Made by a program: the position numbers and the translations under genes. From the human T2T-CHM13v2.0 reference genome, Homo sapiens, in the NCBI RefSeq assembly GCF_009914755.1, contig NC_060927.1: 64,000 nucleotides of DNA; one strand, 5' to 3'. Below, piece by piece: positions 16,168-29,605 of the stretch. The notes beneath the pieces were generated by a model, which saw only the letters and a list, made by a program, of their open reading frames with translations, had not been told where the DNA came from and did no database searches. Within the stretch, counting starts at the first letter, position 1. Each line of letters opens with the position of its first letter.

Positions 16168-17267
16168 GTACTCAACCTATCTGGTCAAATCCCTCAATTT
16201 CATTGAGAAAACTGAGACTCTAAAGAATGTTTCTGCTAAAAATCATATACTTGTTGCTAATGCTAGGATTGTATGAGTAGTGCTGCTTTGGGATCCAATC
16301 TTGGAAAATATTGACTTGAAGTCAACTTTATGTATTTATTATCCAGGTTTATTTACAAAATAATTTTGTCAGGGCTCTGTTAGTGAGAAATGTTAGAAAC
16401 CCAAGTCATGCTCTCTTAATTCAAAGAGAGTGTTTTGGCTCTTGTCACTCAAAATCCAGGATCATTTAGCTGCAGGTATGGCTGGATCTAGGATTCTTTG
16501 AAAAGACTTTGTTGCTTTCAGTCTATTGGCTCTGCTTTCTTCAATAATGGCTTTACTATCCGGTGAGCTTTTTCTATATGGACACCTTCTGTATCTTGAG
16601 GCTAAACATCTACCCTATTCAATTCCAATGAGTAATAGTCTTTGTTCCCTAATAGTTGAAAGGAAGTCCTAGAATTGAACCTTATTGGCCTGGCATGTCA
16701 TAGGTCCACCTCTGGAACTCAACAGGAATGGAGGAGTAGATTTAAACTCCATCCCTACCAAATAGAAACCACATGAACTGACAGAAGGGAAAAGGTGATT
16801 TTTAAGGAAAATCAATGTGCTCTTCCAAGACCACAGCAAAAGCAGATGTCTAGTATTTTCGGTTCATTCATGTTTTATTCTACAAATGATTTCACATCTG
16901 GCACACTTATTGTTGTAGTGTAGAAAGAGCATTGGGAATGGAAACAAGAAGATCTAATTGTATGGCCTTGAGTAAGTTGCTAAGCCTTTCTGAGTCTATT
17001 TTCCTCATATGTAAATCATTTTAAAAATATATTCATCATTGCAATCCTATGAATGATTTGAAGAACAAAAAAAACTTGGCAAATAAAGGCTTGTGTGCCA
17101 AAAAATAAATCCAGGCCTGCCACATTGCACAACTTTGGGGGACATCATTGGCATAGAATACAATGGAAAAAAAAATCAATGTTATCTATAAAATGGGCTA
17201 ATAATAGCTCTTTTACAAAGATTTAGCCTGAAAACATTTTGAGAGTGTCAAGCACAGTGTTGGCCAC

Positions 17268-17510
17268 TGTTATGGATTTAATTGTGTGCCCCCAAAAGTT
17301 ATGTTGATGTCCTCCCCAATACCCCAGAATATGACCAATGAAGTCCTACTGGAGTAAGGTGGGACATTAATCTAATATAACTGGCGTACAAATAAGAATA
17401 AAAGAGAGAGACACATATGGAGGAGAGCACCAGGAGAAACACAGGGTAGAGATCGAGGCAGAGATTGGACTGAATTATCCACAATACAAGGAACACTAAG
17501 GACTACCTCT
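17268..17510 (+). mobile_element. MLT1 MaLR LTR 5' fragment
   Basis: tgttatgga.tt.aattgtgt.cccccaaaa.ttatgttga.gtcct start typical of MLT1B/C. Confidence 0.6.
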
Positions 17511-17514
17511 TACC

Positions 17515-17995
17515 CATGAACGTGCAGCCACAAGAGGCAGCTCAGGAAAACAAACTTTATTATACTCACAGGTCCTGAAGACAGGAGGCACAGCAAGCTA
17601 TGCAAGGCCTCCTGGGAAACTCACCAGGGTGCTCAGGAGGCAGAAGACAGGAGCAAGGAGAAGGTTTAGGCCAGAGTGGGAAAGTCATGGCAGAGCAGTG
17701 AACAGTTTAGGATTGGTATTTTTAATAATTTTGGTGGGCTTTGGGTTATAAGGGTGGTCCCTTGTTGCCTGGCACCTGGCCCTGGAATGATTAAGAGGAG
17801 AAAAGTCATCATTTGGGGTGTATAATCTAGGTAGAGGAGGTTTGGCTCTGGATTGGTTAGTTTACGTATCAAAGACTTGCTGTAAGCCTGGGCCCTTTGC
17901 TAGCTCCAGGTTTTGGCTAGGCCCTGGAGGATAAGTCTCTTAATAGCGAGAATGATTTTTAACATGTGAAATCATCATAACATGCAAAAAATTTA
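17515..17995 (-). mobile_element. ERVL LTR of the MER54/MER74 group
   Basis: Reverse complement resembles the LTR at 4585-6520 (ccagggcctagccaa, tttgatacgtaaactaaccaatccagagcc, taatcattccagggccagg) and has AATAAA-like sequence near its 3' end. Confidence 0.55.
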
Positions 17996-18489
17996 AAAAA
18001 TACTTATAATATGCTAAATAAATTACATCAATCATCATTTCTTTCCAGAATTACAGAGAATCACACTGTATTCCTACCTCCATTTTTGTTATCCTCCAGT
18101 TCATCCTATGCACTGCCGTAGGAGTGATCTTTATAAAATGCAGAACAGATAACATGACACCCTGGCTTATAAAACTTCAAGGTTCCCCACAGATTGATGG
18201 AACGAGTCCAAGTTCTTTGGCAGAATATTCAAGGCCCCCATTGATCTGGCACTTGCTTCCTTTCTAGGATCGTTTTTGCTAATTGCTGTGCCTGCTTCAG
18301 TTCTATTAAACCATCTACAGCTCTCAGAGAGCACCATGCTCTTCAGAGCAGCTCCTTATGCCTACAATGCCCCTTTTTTCTTTCCCAGTGGTAAACTATT
18401 GCCCTTTTTAGGTTTAATCAAGACTTTTCTCCTCTATGTAGAATCATGAGCTCCCTTTTTTCCCCACTGTAGTCTACTCAAATATCTAC

Positions 18490-18942
18490 TGTTACAAGAA
18501 AAGTTATTCATGACACTTGTTAAAGATGGTGAGGCAGATTTTATTCAAGGAGGGCTATGAATGTAGGTATAGGGACCAGTTCCACAGGGGTCTTGCAGTG
18601 GGGGAGAGAAATTTGACTTAACTCCAACAAGGACAAGTGGGGATGTATATAACCAAGGAGCAGAGTGGATGTCATCGGATGGAAACTATTAATAGGAAAC
18701 ATCAAGGCTAAGAAGTTTCTGGATAAACTGACTTGATAGGATTGTTGCTGAAGACAGACCAGGGTAATAAGATATTGAAAACAGTCAGACACCAAGGGTA
18801 GGAGATTTTTGCTAAACTGGCCAGTAGGATTTTTGCTCAGACTGCATTCTATAAGAATAGATATGAAGGCCCCAAATCAAGTCAGGTCAGAAAGGGCTTG
18901 GGAGCCTACTAAAGTTCTGGTCAAATGAGTGAGTCTTTGTTA
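18490..18942 (-). mobile_element. MER31-like ERV1 solo LTR
   Basis: Minus strand starts taacaaagactcactcatttgaccagaactttagtaggctcc (cf. MER31 TGACAAAGACTCTCTCCTTGACCAAACTTTAGTCAGGCTCC) and ends ...aaca; 4-bp flanks ctac/ccac. Confidence 0.7.
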
Positions 18943-20231
18943 CCACCATAGCTCCTAAAGGCACTGTGTTGCTATTATTATTTTATATGCATTTGTCTTC
19001 CCAAGTACACATAAAGGCAGAGATTCTCCATGATGTATCTCAACATATAGCACATAAGTGTTCAATAAAAGCCTATTAAATTAATGAATAATAAAAAGAT
19101 AAAGTAATAAATGAATAATCAAATGTTAAAAATAAATAGTGAATGAGCCCAACAGTCTCCCAATGAAGTATTTTACTTAAAAGTTAAGAAATGCTTGATT
19201 TTGTATTCATTGGCAGTGATTAAAAGAACAGACTCTAGGGTCAAGCTGCTTGGATTCCTAGCTTAAATTACTTATTTAGGTGACTTTGGGAAATTATTAC
19301 TTCTCTGCAAAACTCAGGATATAATAGTTCCTTCTTCATTTGGGTTGTTAGGAAAACTAACTGAACATATATTTATATTATGAAAATTGTATTGTGAAGA
19401 GTAAATGAGAATATTGTAATTACTATATACATTTTCAAAAAAATACTTTCAATGACAAAAGATTAGAGGCAAAACTATTGTTTTAATTGAAAGGGATTCT
19501 TATTCTTTGTGTCTGCATATATTGAAAACTCTGAGCTTAAATTATGAACAGTATTTGTGTAGTTTCTGGTACTTCAGTTTCTAGGATACACATAAAAATG
19601 CATCTGTTTGTTGAAAATAACAAAGTGCTTTTTTTCCTGGTTCATGTTGGTCAAATGCCTGCTGCAGTCAGTTTTAACACCCATGGCTTTTCTCTCTGTG
19701 TATAGGATGAAGACCCAGAGAGGGGTTATGTAAGTCACCATAGTTCTTATTGATTCAAACCTTGTTGAATTTTACCTAAAAACAAATTTCTCACGTGTAG
19801 AATCGACTCACACTGTTGCCAGGTTGTACTACTAATTTTTATTTTTAATTTTATTGCCCTAAGAATATTTATTTTTATACTACCCAGCTGCCACCAGAGA
19901 TTTTGTATCCTAACTACATACAATTTTGTTTTACAGTAAGTAGAATAAAAATAATTAAAATAAAATATTCCAAATATGAGGGATTCATAGAAGCAAGTGG
20001 CCAGGAAAACTTTATGGAGAAAAAGAGACATGAGTTGGGATTCAGAAGATGCTGGAAATTGGAACAGGCTAGAAGACAGTATGGAAGGCACTCCAGGCCG
20101 GAGAAGTGGTGTCAGCAAGTCTAAGGGCAGAGGCATTCCTGTATTTTGGAGGTGGATAACACCTCAATCTGCCTTAAACATTAGGTTTATATGGGGGAGG
20201 AATCAGAATATAAATTTAAAAATTACTATGG

Positions 20232-20523
20232 GGCTGGGCGCGGTGGCTCACGCCTGTAATCCCAGTACTTTGGGAGGCCGAGGCAGGTGGATCACGAGGT
20301 CGGGAGTTGAACACCAGCCTGGCCAAGATGGTGAAACCCCATCTCTACTAAAAATACAAAAATTAGCTGGGCATGGTGGCAGGCACCTGTAATCCCAGCT
20401 ACTCTAGAGGCTGAGGCAGATAATTGCTTGAACCCAGGAGGCAGAGGTTGCAGTAAGCAGAGATCACACCACTGTACTCCAGCCAGGGTGACAGAGTGAG
20501 ACTCTGTTTCAAAAAAAAAAAAA
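20232..20523 (+). mobile_element. Alu (AluSg-like)
   Basis: Full dimer with A tail; ggatcacgaggtc short form; diverged TSD aaattactatgg / aagtattatgg. Confidence 0.95.
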
Positions 20524-21891
20524 GTATTATGGAAGCTTTAAATGTTAAACCATGACATTACAACTCTACACAAAAAGAAATAGAAAGTTTTGAAGATTTT
20601 TAAGATAATAATGCTGCCTGAAGCAGGTGGTGTGCAGAATTGCTTGGATAAGCTAGAGGTTAAATTCAGGCCTGACTTCAAGGAAATAATCCCCTTCCAC
20701 CAGCACTGTAGAGTCTAGATACCAGAATGTAGCAATAGGAAGTCATCTTCAGAGTGTGTTGAGAATGAAAGGGTCAGCAAGAGAAAGGTCAAAATAAAAT
20801 AGTTCACATTAAGAGTCAGGAAAAAGAGGAGTCTGAAACTGGAAGCCTAAATTCAGGAATGGATTCTGGGATGGACAGAAGAGGGCATATAGTGCTGTTA
20901 TTGCATATAAACATATCACCTATGTCACGGCAAGGAGTCAGCATTTAGGGCAGTAATATCACTTGTTAAAAAATACTGCTGCCAGGATGGCCTGGAAACT
21001 CAATAAGCCCTAATCAGGAAAGAGTAGAAGCAGAGGGACCAATTAGCAGACTCTTGCAGTAGTCAAAATTAAGTGTAATAAGGGCCAGAGGTGGCATGGT
21101 AGAAAAAAGACTATAGGGGTTGACACAAAGAAGATTCAGGAGAAAAACCCTCCTTAAAAAAAAAAAAAGTTTTAAAGTTAAAACCCTTTCATTTGAAGCA
21201 ATTGCATATGTTAGGCAATTTCTCCAAAATTTAAGTGCTAATTGATAGATTCTGAAGCTGTCTTGCAAGGAAGTTCTTGTACCCTTAGAAAAGTCATTCT
21301 CTCAGTGACCTGGTTGCTGCATTATCATCTCAAATGCCATTTTTTTCTTACTGTTTCATTACATTGTCACCTTCAAAGGACAAAATTACATGTAAGTCAT
21401 AAATCTTATTTCCCTAAGACCAAAAGAAAATCTTCCTTGAAACTCATAATGAAACTCTTTCCTGTTAAATGCCACACAGCAGACACACGTTAGACCTGAA
21501 TTCTTCCGTATTAGACTCAACATGAATTTGCTATTAAATAGCTTTTAACTGAGATCAAACAATAAGAACCTACAAAAGAGCAAATTCTCAGTTCACAAAA
21601 GACTAATTGCCAAGCTTGCAGCATTTATAAACATCAAGGTCAATGTGAAATGTGGAAGGTCAATGAAACTTGCTGGCAAAGAACCATCATTGCAATGTAT
21701 AGCACACCATCAGCTTTTCCATATACCTCTACTGCCACTTTCTGTTTATAAAACCATAAGGTTATTTTGATCCATTTTTACTTTTTTCCCTCAGTCAGCA
21801 TTCTATGTATATAATGCAAGCTATCTTCATCTTGGCAATTTATCTATCTAAAGTAGAAGTTTTCTTGGACCAAAAATCTATGTTGTTCTGA

Positions 21892-22230
<339 letters not shown>

Positions 22231-22539
22231 AAAACACTGATCTCTTAGTTACTCCTTTTTCCTGCTTTTTTGTCTTTGTTTTATGCTGATATTTTAACAT
22301 GTTTATTGGATTATAAGTCACTCTTGGTAATATGAGCCCTTGGTTTGGTAATAGAGTATAATCATAGTAAATGATACTCCACATGGTTCTTGGCCTTCTG
22401 ATTCTTAGATTTTAAGTCTCAGAAAAGTATACAAGTATAACATATTTTTATTTTAGGACTCCTCTGTGCTGTCGTATAGCTGGCTCAGAAGAGACCAACT
22501 TTCCTGAGGTGATGTCTTCCTTGTTTCCCCATTGTATGC

Positions 22540-22755
22540 CTACTATGTGCCAGATAGTATGTTATACCTTTCTTATATGTAGTTTTATTAATCCTCATAA
22601 AAACTACAGGCTAATTGTTATAATTTTTTCATTCTCCAAATAAGGAAATTTAAATCAGAAATATTAAGTAACTTATTCAATATCAAACAGCTTGTAGGTG
22701 GCAAAGTCATGAGGCGGATTCATGTCTGTCTGACTCCAAAGCTCATGCTCTTTGA
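22540..22755 (-). mobile_element. MIR SINE
   Basis: cctactatgtgccag...ttaatcctcataa...aaataaggaaa...ttaagtaactt...gtctgactccaaagc MIR core pattern. Confidence 0.65.
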
Positions 22756-23355
22756 TTACATTTGGTTGAATTTTTGACTTTCTGCCTACATACGTCTTAA
22801 CAAAATCCATATAAAACATATTTTATCACTATATGTATGACACTCTTGAATTAAGCAAAAGGCAAGAAAACAGTCAAGTTTCTTAGTAAAGAATAATGCT
22901 AAACTCTTATTGCAGCTTTTTGGTAACAACTGTGTCTGCGTTGAATAACTATGTCTCCAAATGACTTGATTTGATAATTGTTGGATTATTTAAAGTATGG
23001 TGTTAATGAGTTTCTCAATCTGCTTCTTATTTGTGTACAAAGAGTTCATTATGCCTGATGAAGGCCTGTTAGCAAAAGGAACCCAAAAAAATAAATACAA
23101 AGCAATGTGCCTTTAGATTATATGAAGTCGAGTAAAGGTGGTGACCTGGCTAATACAAAAAAGCTAACTGCATTTTAGGTTGCTATAATTTGACAAGAAG
23201 ACCATTTTTACAAAATTAAAGAGTTCTTTTATAGTCTACTCTGGGCAGTTTACATCTGGTATACAATGATCAGTTCCAGATTATACATTTTAAGGTCAGC
23301 TTTATTAAGGTATAATTTGTCCAAAAGTAAGGTAACCAGTATGATGAGATTTTTA

Positions 23356-23455
23356 TTTATTTTTTATTTTTTTAAATTTTATTTTTTATTATACTTTAAG
23401 TTTTAGGGTACATGTGCACATTGTGCAGGTTAGTTACATATGTATACATGTGCCA
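23356..23455 (-). mobile_element. Extremely 5'-truncated young L1 (L1PA2/L1HS-like 3' end)
   Basis: ttattatactttaagttttagggtacatgtgcacattgtgcaggttagttacatatgtatacatgtgcca plus T-rich tail; TSD gagattttta at 23346-23355 and 23456-23465; TTTT/AA endonuclease site. Confidence 0.9.
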
Positions 23456-24617
23456 GAGATTTTTAAAATAAGTGTCTGATAGATCAAGATATGTTTAGCC
23501 TACAGTCAAAAATTTAGGCAGAAAATGGAAAGGAAAAAATAGGTCTCTTCATTTATCATTTGTATTGCCACATGCAAATTCAGAGGGCAAAATTAAGACC
23601 AAATGAATGAAAGATAAATTAATGTTTCCTGAAGACAAATTTTGTATTGATTTAATATTAATCAAGAAAGCCCAGAATAAAACAGATAGGCACAGAACTT
23701 AGTCACAGGGATGCAAATAGAATAGTTCCAGAATGTCCAGGATGTTCAGGCTCCTCCCAATTCTAAGATCCCTTGCTTGAATGATAGCTATGATATTCTT
23801 CTTTCATTTTATCTATTAACATGTATCTGTTATCATGTAATGTGGACCCAGTCACTTTTCACCTTCTTTCTCTTTATTTAAGCAACTCAAAAGAAAGTTT
23901 TTATTTCATTGGTTTGAGAAAAAATTGTAATTTCTTCTTGGAGAAATCTAAATTTTATTATCAAATAGAGAAATGGTTTTAATACCCTATCCTAAAGGCT
24001 GAATTTATAAAGTCATTCAGTCAGCAAACATATATTGAGCAGCTAATAGAATGCTAATACCATAAGTGCTGTAATATGTGGTAGTTGAATGAAAGAGGCT
24101 TAGGGCAGTCTCACTGGATCTATTTGAATAAAAGAAAGTTTCTTACAGGGAGTAACACTTAAGCAGAGTCTTGAAGGATGAGTAAAATGTGGGTTAGAAA
24201 GGCAAAGAAACTGTGTATTATTAGCAGGAAACACATATAAGAAAAAGCTACACAGATGTGAAAGGGAAAAGGCTTATAGACCTATTAGCATTTTCTTATT
24301 GTGGATGTCAAAGCTGTGTGAAGCCAGTTTTCAGAGATGTGACCAGAGAGACTGATAAATGAAAAGCAAGCAATAGAGAAAGGGCAAAAGGTAGGGAAAA
24401 ATACTGCAATATTTGTTAAACAAAGACTACTATGAAATTATATAATGAATTCTTACAAATCATTTTTAAAGACCCTACTATGTAAAAATGAGACAAAAAT
24501 ATGAGCAGCTAATTTTCTTAAAACAAATATAATGATTAATGAAAATAAGAAAATATATATTTAATTTCACTAGTAGCCAGTGATATGTTAATTAAAACCA
24601 AAATTAAACGAAGTTTT

Positions 24618-24820
24618 GGAAATAATAGACACTAGGGACTCCAAAAACTGGAGGGTGGGAAGGGGAAGAGGGTTGAAAAGCTACCTATTGGGTACTATAT
24701 TCACTATTTGGGTGATGGGGTCACTGCAAGCCCAAACCTCTACATTATGCAATATACCCATTTAACCAACCTTCACATGTACCCCCTGAATCTAAAATTT
24801 AATTTAATGAATAAATAAAA
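24618..24820 (+). mobile_element. L1PB/L1MA 3' end, nested in an older L1M relic (about 24360-25440)
   Basis: aataatagacact.gggactcc...gagggttgaaaa.ctacctattgggtac...catgtaccccctgaatctaaaat followed by an A-rich tail. Confidence 0.8.
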
Positions 24821-26805
24821 CACAAAAAACAAAACTAGATTACTTTTTTAACCTATCTAGTAAAAACTGAAGAGAGTGATACTATCTGTGTTAATAAGAG
24901 CATAGGAAATTAGAACATTGTCATTTACTCTTGATAATAATTTAAATTGATATAGACTTGTGGTACACTATTTGGAAGTATGTTTTTAAATGCACATATT
25001 GTTTAACTCAGGAACTCCATATCTATATAACTATTCTAGATATATATGCAATAACCTAATACTCATCAGGAAGAAAATGGTTGGATAAATTTGTGGTTAT
25101 ATATGTACTGGTGAACATTATGATGCAGTGAAAAGAAGGAGGTAGATTAACATCATGAGAGGTCTCCAAAACATGTAATCAAATTTAAACATTCAAAAGC
25201 AAGTTAAGTGCAGTATATAGAGAGTAATCTCATTTACCTTAAAAATTCACAAAGTAAAACTACTCATTTCATATCTACGTATACAACCATTCCTGGCATA
25301 AAAAAACATCTGAGAGGTTACACATCAAAATGATGACAGCAGAGGGCTGGGATTAGATGAATGATAAAGGGAATTGTCATTGTTCTAAGTTGTTTAAATG
25401 TTAATAACGATAGTTTGTGTATTATAGTGTGATATAAATCATAAGTATTATTTTTAAATCTGTGGGGAGCCTTTGAAAGGTTTTAAGCAGGGAAATCACA
25501 TAGGCACATTCGCATTTTAGAAATATTTATCTGCCAGCTGAATATAAGGGGGAAATATAAGCACGGAAATTAAATTGGAGACAGGGAAGTCAATAAAAAG
25601 TGATGGCAATAATCCAGAGTAAAAAATATAGGTAGACTTATATAAAGCTGTGTAATTGTAGTGAAGATAGAAGAAAGAGGGTGACTAAGAAAGACAGGTT
25701 TTCACTACATAGAAACCACAGGACACCACCAGTTGAGATTAGAAGACGACTCTGAGGAAGTGGTCTAAATGAACCTCGAGTTTCCAATTTAGCAACTAGC
25801 TAAATGGTCAAGTCTTTTCATGAAGATAAGGAACACAGTGTGGGGAGTGAAGGGGTAGGCTAAGGGAAATGGGATTCTTAGATCTTTGCTACCCTAAGGA
25901 ATTTGGGATTTTGAATAGGAAAGTTATCTCAAAATTTTTCTGTGAAATATTTTTTTCCAAGAAAAATTACCTCTTCTCTATAGAAGAGGTTAATGGCAAG
26001 TGAGTTCTATCTAAACATCCTATAAAGCTTCAAGAAATTTCCAGATTTTGTAAAAAGTTGTTTATTCATTTTTTTTCCTTGATCAGTCCAGGGAGCAACT
26101 ACTTCTACTTGTCATGGGTATATTACCATCGTGAAAGAAAGGGTTTATCAATGTCATCCACTAAAGAGTTACACCCTTGCCACCTCCCTTACATCCCACT
26201 CATCAACTGCGCTGGCAGACACTCAAAAGCTGGGAGAATATTTTCTGTCAGGAAGGTCTAAGTGCACACTGGCATGTAAATCTTGACAAGCTTGTATTTT
26301 GGGGGTTAGTGATTATTTTTTGTCCTTAAGTTGTCTCAAGGTTGTAGAACTTAAGTGAAAGAAGGATTCCATCCAGGCATGCCAGTTGTTTTTCTAAGTT
26401 CAAACCATACTATCTTTATTTAATCTATAGACTTTGTTTTACTGTTAAAAGATGAAAATTAAACCTCTTTCGTGTATAAAACTGTGACATTAAAATTAGA
26501 TTAGAGATGACCCGTGGAATGTTTGCACTTATTAATCACAATTCAACCTTGAAAAAAGAAAAAGATTTCTATTACATAATGGTAGAATGTATAAGACAAA
26601 AAAAAATGAACTCAGTCACTCATCAGTTTTTAAGTGTGAAAGGTACAATGAACAAGATAACATGACATTTGCCTTTGTGGAAATTATAATAATGGTGAGG
26701 TTGTGATAGCAAAAGTGTGGGCTAATGTGGAAGCACATCTCAAAGGCACCCACATTGGTAGAAGGATGACAAGATTGAGGGGACTCTTTTGTTTTTCTTT
26801 TCCAT

Positions 26806-26956
26806 TTATTTATTTAGAGACAAGATCTCACTGTGTCTCCCAGGCTGGAGTGCAGTGGTACAATCATGGCCTACTGCAGACTCTGGGCTCAAGCAATCCT
26901 CCTGCCTCAGCCTCCCAAAATGCTGGGACTACAGCTGAAAGCCACTGCATCCAGCC
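26806..26956 (-). mobile_element. Alu monomer (FRAM/AluJ-like)
   Basis: Single about 150-bp arm: gagacaagatctcactgtgt..cccaggctggagtgcagtgg...gggctcaagcaatcctcctgcctcagcctccc...agccactgcatccagcc. Confidence 0.85.
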
Positions 26957-29570
26957 TGCTTTTTTCTTTTAAAACTCTTAAAATTTGATTGAAAGTGAAA
27001 TTGTAAACGTAGAGTTGGAAGTTCTGGAACTGGAAAATAAAATTGCAAAGGAAGAAAAGAAAATTTGCATAAGACTTATCCAAAGTAAACAAATCTAAAG
27101 ATATTGAGAGAAAAACAGAGAGAAATGTTTTCTACAGTAAAAATTTATTCACTATTGAAGATGAAATTTTCTTTTAATAGTGAAGGAACACAAGCCATTG
27201 ATTTGTGAAACTTTCTTTCCTTCCTTTCTCTTTCTCTTTCTTTTCATCATACATCTAAGCATCAGGCATTGAGCTAAGCTTATGAATTAAAAAAAAAATC
27301 CCCTGTCTTGAGAGAGCTCACAAAAAATTGTTTCCAATTTTTATGCTCTTTAGTGTTATCTCCAGGGAGTTAGAGGCAGTGACTCTCCAGGACTCATTAC
27401 CTATTAAGGCAATGCTCTTAACTGTCAAGGTACCTCATGACATAACCAGTTAAAATTTTTATCTCTAGCTATTCACTTCTAGATAATAGGAAAAGCAAAA
27501 ATCAAGTACAAATTCTCTTAAAAGCAAATTAAGAAGTTGTATATAAATATCACTCTTAATCTTATCTTTTCCGGTTTTTTGTTTTTGTTTTTGTTTTTCT
27601 TGGTTTTTTTTGTAGTGGAAGAGAAGGAAGTAGAGTAATATTTGGGTCTTTGGAAGTTATGTTTCAATGTGACTTCATTTCTCATTCATTTTCTGATGCA
27701 GTGACAGACTGAGAACAATCCAGGCAGATGAGTGGCATCTGGGTTGGTGGATAGACTCAGAAATAATTGCCCAGATAGAGTAAGAAGAATAGGCTAGAAC
27801 AGCCAAAATTACATCCATGAAGTCTGTTTCAAAATCTGAGTATGAGATAGAGTCATCAGAGGATATTGACACAGTTAATTTAGGGACCAGGAATGCTAAA
27901 AAAGGAAAAGCCAGACTATCAGCATAGAGTCAGATTCTGTTGTAAGTGACAGAAAACCCCAAATAAAAAGTAGAAAAATTATTCCTTTCACAAATAAGCA
28001 ACATCCAGAGGTAAGCAATCAACAGCTAGTAGGATAGCTTCGTGAACCTCCGAGACCCAAGATCCTTCGACATACTGAACAGCTGTCTTCAGCACACTGT
28101 CCAGGATGGTTGTGTAAGTTGCATTTTTCAAGAAGGAGGAAGGGGCACATATAGTCCCATTTCCTCCTTTCAGGGATACTTCCTGGAAATTGCAAACACT
28201 ACTTCCATTTCCACTCACTGATCACATAGCTTCATCTGGATGAGTAAGAAAGCTGGAAAAATATGGTCTTTATTCTGGCCAGCCATATGGCCCTTAACGA
28301 CAGGGGTTTTGAAACTGGGATGAAAGAAACAGGTATGGAAAGGCCACTGTCAGTCTCTGCCACCATGAGCTCAGATCATGACTAGAGGTATAGGACTTTC
28401 CTCAATCATCAAGTATGAACTGAGGTTGTTCCTTTTGGAGGATACCTTGCCATGTACTTTAGGGGCTGATTTGGCCTTTTAAAAAGATTTTTTCAGACCG
28501 AAGATTTTCAAATAGTAGAGATTATTCTTACTTTTTTAACTAGATATGCATCATAAATTTAAAAAATTTCAGGGAACTAAAACTTCTGTTTCATTCAACT
28601 GAATTTTTATAACAGTCTTATACACTTATCTATTGTGTATGAATGTGTTAAAAATTTGGTCAGTCAATACTTTTAAATACAATCACACATACACACATGA
28701 ATGCTTGCCCTTATGCAACCATTTTTCTTTGGTCTATCAATATATGCCATTAACCTAAAAATTAATCTCCTCTTCATTTTTATTTCATGTTTATTTCTCG
28801 ACAAGCCTGTTCCACTATCCAGTATTTATGTTTGCCAGCAATTCTTTTCTATAAATACAGTTTGCTAGATTATAGCTAAATCTATACTTAAATACAAACT
28901 CTCTGGCACTTTCTCCAAACTCAAGGTTTGTGATTATAATTAAGCAATAATATTGTCACTTGCTTTTTTCTTTCTTGAAAGTACCTAATCTCCTTAGGTA
29001 TCTGCCCCTTAGTGCTGTAAAGATGTGATTTGAAAAGTAAGTTTAAACCGTTCTTTCAATTAGGCTGCACTTATTTTTATATTCCCAGCCTTATACCCAG
29101 ATTACCTGGAAGGTATATATACTCAGTTAAGACACATTCGATCTGAAATCTATATGACTTTGAGTATAAATGGGCACCTCTTAATGATTGAGATTGAGCC
29201 AACTGCTCATTCAGCTGAGGTGAATTAAGTCTTCTAGGGCACCAGTGTGCCATTTAGTAAATTACATCATCCAGCACACTAAATGTGCCTCGCATGGGTG
29301 AACAGCTTCCTTCCAGGGTGTACTTTCCTCCCCCTCATTCTCCATTGACCCTACCTTATTGATGTCATAGGGTGATTCATATGACTCAGTATTTACCCAC
29401 AGCCTCAGACAATAAGACTGCACCATTATTTACACCACTGCAGAACACATGCGCCAGTATGTAAAGGGTAAACGAGAAAGTTATTTTGTTTGGATTTTTT
29501 GTAAGTCAAATATAAACAAAAGAGCATCACTATCCTCTAGATTCTGAAACTGTAAAATATACTGTCATAT

Positions 29571-29605
29571 ATTGCTTCTCGGCCTTTTGGCTAAGATCAA
29601 GTGTA
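29571..29605 (+). pseudogene. 3'-truncated U2 snRNA retropseudogene (U2 nt 1-35)
   Basis: attgcttctcggccttttggctaagatcaagtgta equals the U2 5' end ATCGCTTCTCGGCCTTTTGGCTAAGATCAAGTGTA with one CpG transition; 16-bp direct repeats at 29555-29570 and 29605-29620. Confidence 0.93.
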
